The position numbers and the translations under genes were made by a program. 6,059 nt of DNA. Origin: Octopus sinensis (taxonomy: Eukaryota). Within the stretch, counting starts at the first letter, position 1; every line of letters starts with the position of its first letter. Below the pieces are notes generated by a model. The model had not been told where the DNA came from. It saw nothing but the letters and a program-made list of their open reading frames with translations, and made no database searches. The stretch spans positions 1 to 6,059 of the forward strand of contig NW_021829470.1 in the NCBI RefSeq assembly GCF_006345805.1, in the 5' to 3' direction. Of the stretch, positions 5,725-6,059 are shown piece after piece.

Positions 5725-6017
5725 ACCCCTTCGGCCATGAATGACCATAAACTGAAAGGTACCCTCTGAGGCACGAGTCTGTATCCATGCATACCAGCCT
5801 CCTCTCTCTATGCCACAGATGTTGTCCAAGGGGAAAGGGAAAGGCCAACACAGCTTGGCATCATTGATGTCAGAGTCAGAACTCCATTCTACATCTGAGT
5901 GAACTATAGCAATGAGAAATAAAGTGTCTTGCTCAAGAGCACAGCTTGGTCTGGGAATTGAACTCACAATCCTATGATTGAAAACCTAACACTCTAACCA
6001 CTGGGCCATGTGCCTTC
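5725..6017 (-). mobile_element. tRNA-derived CORE-type SINE, family D
   Basis: Minus strand: A-box tggcccagtgg (6008-5998), B-box gagttcaattccc (5965-5953), CORE-like gtgctcttgagcaagacactttatttc (5942 downward), and 3' end ggtcattcatggccgaaggggt. Confidence 0.85.
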
Positions 6018-6059
6018 ATACATAAACACACTAACACATATACATGGGTGTGTGCATGT

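Noticed and set aside
5494-5967. 157-aa minus-strand ORF
   Set aside because: It crosses the tail-to-tail junction of two unrelated SINEs and is a chance open frame.
5953-6017. tRNA gene candidates at SINE heads (also near 519, 1868, 3395, 4546, 5461)
   Set aside because: A/B-box remnants continue into SINE cores, and no full cloverleaf or acceptor stem forms.
519-6017. Strand bias: 7 of 8 SINE or tail fragments on the plus strand, hinting at an intron of a minus-strand gene
   Set aside because: Two-sided binomial probability is 18/256, about 0.07, and no exon was found in the window.

Overview
This is AT-rich, microsatellite-dense eukaryotic non-coding DNA made almost entirely of repeats. 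The SINE families match my recollection of Octopus repeats, so an octopod origin is likely (recognised from memory, no search run). There is no intact gene, rRNA, tRNA or CRISPR array, and every ORF in the supplied track is explained by microsatellites or repeat fragments. The left third is a nested insertion stack: a decayed RLE-type (R4/Dong-like) non-LTR retrotransposon 3' end on the minus strand was split by two ~200-bp hAT/Buster-type MITEs whose target sites are 14 bp apart, and one MITE was then hit by a tRNA-derived SINE. Removing the inserts in silico rejoins the LINE reading frame. The middle holds a second SINE family, an Hsmar1-like mariner C-terminal relic, a ~640-bp compound CA/TA/CATG tract, a CORE-SINE and an RTE-type 3' tail with a 26-bp-period array. 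The right third holds two homologous Penelope-like terminal fragments in opposite orientation, each carrying a decayed minimal type I hammerhead ribozyme and ending in AAC-(TA)n. It also holds a 20-bp inverted repeat enclosing a third, weaker hammerhead-like core, two more copies of the first SINE family, and a minus-strand CORE-SINE. I found no convincing new biological system. The hammerhead relics and the nested LINE/MITE/SINE stack are the most informative items.
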